Source: Felis catus
Taxonomy: Eukaryota
DNA: 64,000 nt
Direction of reading: 5' to 3'
Assembly: GCF_018350175.1 (NCBI RefSeq)
Contig: NC_058382.1
Span: 8,990,001 to 9,054,000 of the forward strand
The position numbers and the translations under genes were made by a program. Below the pieces are notes generated by a model, which had not been told where the DNA came from, made no database searches, and was given only the letters and a program-made list of their open reading frames with translations. Shown piece by piece: positions 62,641 through 64,000 of this stretch (position 1 is its first letter; the number at the start of each line of letters is the position of its first letter).

Positions 62641-63976
62641 CCTGCTCTGTTTGGGGGAGGTGGGAGAGGGCAGGGGTGGGCGGGGTCCGGGATGCAGCTG
62701 GGTCCCAGAGCCAGAGCCCTTGTCCCCGGGTCCCCGGGTCCCCAGGGGGGGAGCTTGGAGGGCCGGAGGATGGGCCCTGGGCTCCTCGGCCCGGCCCTCG
62801 AGGCAGAGGTCAGCACACAGCCCTCCCCACCTCCGGAGCATGACTCCTCTGTTCCTGGGGGTGAGTCGGACACTCGACCGGTACCCGCTTTCTGGATGGG
62901 GAAACTGAGGCTGAGAGGGAAAGTGCCACGGCCGTGATGGGGCGGCCGGAAGCAAACCCGAACCCCATCGGTCTGCCCCCGGAGTCTGCGGTTCCTCCCG
63001 TCCTCCATAGCCTTGGCCACACCCGCGCCCCCCCCCACCCCACGCCCCCTGCCCGTGGCCCCGTCTTCAGATGGGCGAGTGGAGGCTCAGAGAGGGCAGG
63101 CAGCCAGCCCGAGATCACAAGGTGCGCTGCCTACATGATCTCCGACCCCTGATATCTTACTCTCTGGCAGGCCAGGCGGGCGGGCCAGGCGAGTCTGTCC
63201 GCTGGCCTTCTGGGCCCCTCCAGCCACCCCAGGCTGCAGTGTTGGGCCCCTCCCCTGCCCTCCCCTCCCCTGCCCTCCCTGCCCTCAGCCAGGAGCTTCC
63301 CTGGGCTCCAGGGATCCCAGCACTTGAATTCTGAGAGCTGTGTGATGTAGACAAGGCTCCCAGGGGCTCTGGGCTCTGTGTCTCCGGGGCTGAGGTGCTC
63401 CGGGCTGTCCCCGCCCTGCTGCGGGCCAAGGCCTGGCATTTTCTGCTCCGCATTCTCCTGGCCCTTTCTCCTGGCCCTCTGGCTTTCTGCCCTGTCTCCC
63501 CCCCCCCCCCCGAGAGCCCCCGGCTTCCCTCCACCTGGGAGCCTCCCTCCTCTCTGCTCCCCCACAGCCAGAGGGCTGGCAGATGGCCAGCCCTCGCTCA
63601 GTGCGTGACCTTGATCCAGTCACGTGCCCTCCTGAGCCTCAGGGTCCCCGTCTGAAAAGTGGGGGTCACGAACCGTCGCCCGTGAGCCACGTGTAGGCCC
63701 GAGCGAGTGCCTTTAGCCCCTCGGACTTTCTTCTCTGAGCTTCTGGAAGCCCTGGGCCCAGAAGGATGTGTCTCCCAGGGGCCCCTGCCATCCCCTCTGG
63801 GCCCCTCCCGGGCTTAAGACACACACCGTCCGCAGCATGGGGCGGGGGCTCAGGGGCTCCCCGGAATCGACCCTCCTCCTGGGTTTCCATCTGGGGATGT
63901 CCACATGGGTCCCGGTCACCCCAGGCTTTGCTGTTCCCTCCCGCAGGCGTGTCAGCGTCCAGCCCCACCGTCCTGT
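62641..63976 (-). repeat. Right arm of ~1.3 kb inverted segmental repeat (upstream of SULT2B1b exon 1)
   Basis: Reverse complement of 60314-61616; mirrored ORF translations in the track confirm it. Confidence 0.97.
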
Positions 63977-64000
63977 TGCTGACTTATTTTTGTTTTTGTT

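Noticed and set aside
60268-63968. Mirrored ORFs of 100-170 aa in the inverted-repeat arms as a duplicated novel gene
   Set aside because: GC-rich chance ORFs with no recognisable domain; frame-shifting indels (7 and 14 nt) differ between the arms.

Overview
Mammalian genomic DNA, very probably from a cat-family carnivore (dense Felidae-type tRNA-derived CAN-SINEs), syntenic with human 19q13.33. Gene order: last coding exon of CA11 (+), DBP (+, 4 coding exons), SPHK2 (-, 6), RPL18 (+, 7), FAM83E (+, 5) with single-exon SPACA4 nested antisense in one of its introns, and SULT2B1 (-, 7 coding exons of the 1b isoform). I read exon boundaries from GT/AG sites, and all six complete genes give in-frame proteins. 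Main observations: (1) a ~1.3 kb, ~98%-identical inverted repeat brackets a 1,024-bp segment holding SULT2B1b exon 1 and its proximal promoter, a potentially invertible cassette; (2) the start codon of the alternative SULT2B1a isoform reads ACG rather than ATG; (3) DBP intron 3 has a cluster of RFX-like motifs with a repeated fixed-spacing palindromic module; (4) the SPHK2 3'UTR has promoter-like architecture; (5) two N-runs of exactly 148 nt lie in conserved coding exons. Gene and repeat-family calls are from recognition, not database searches.
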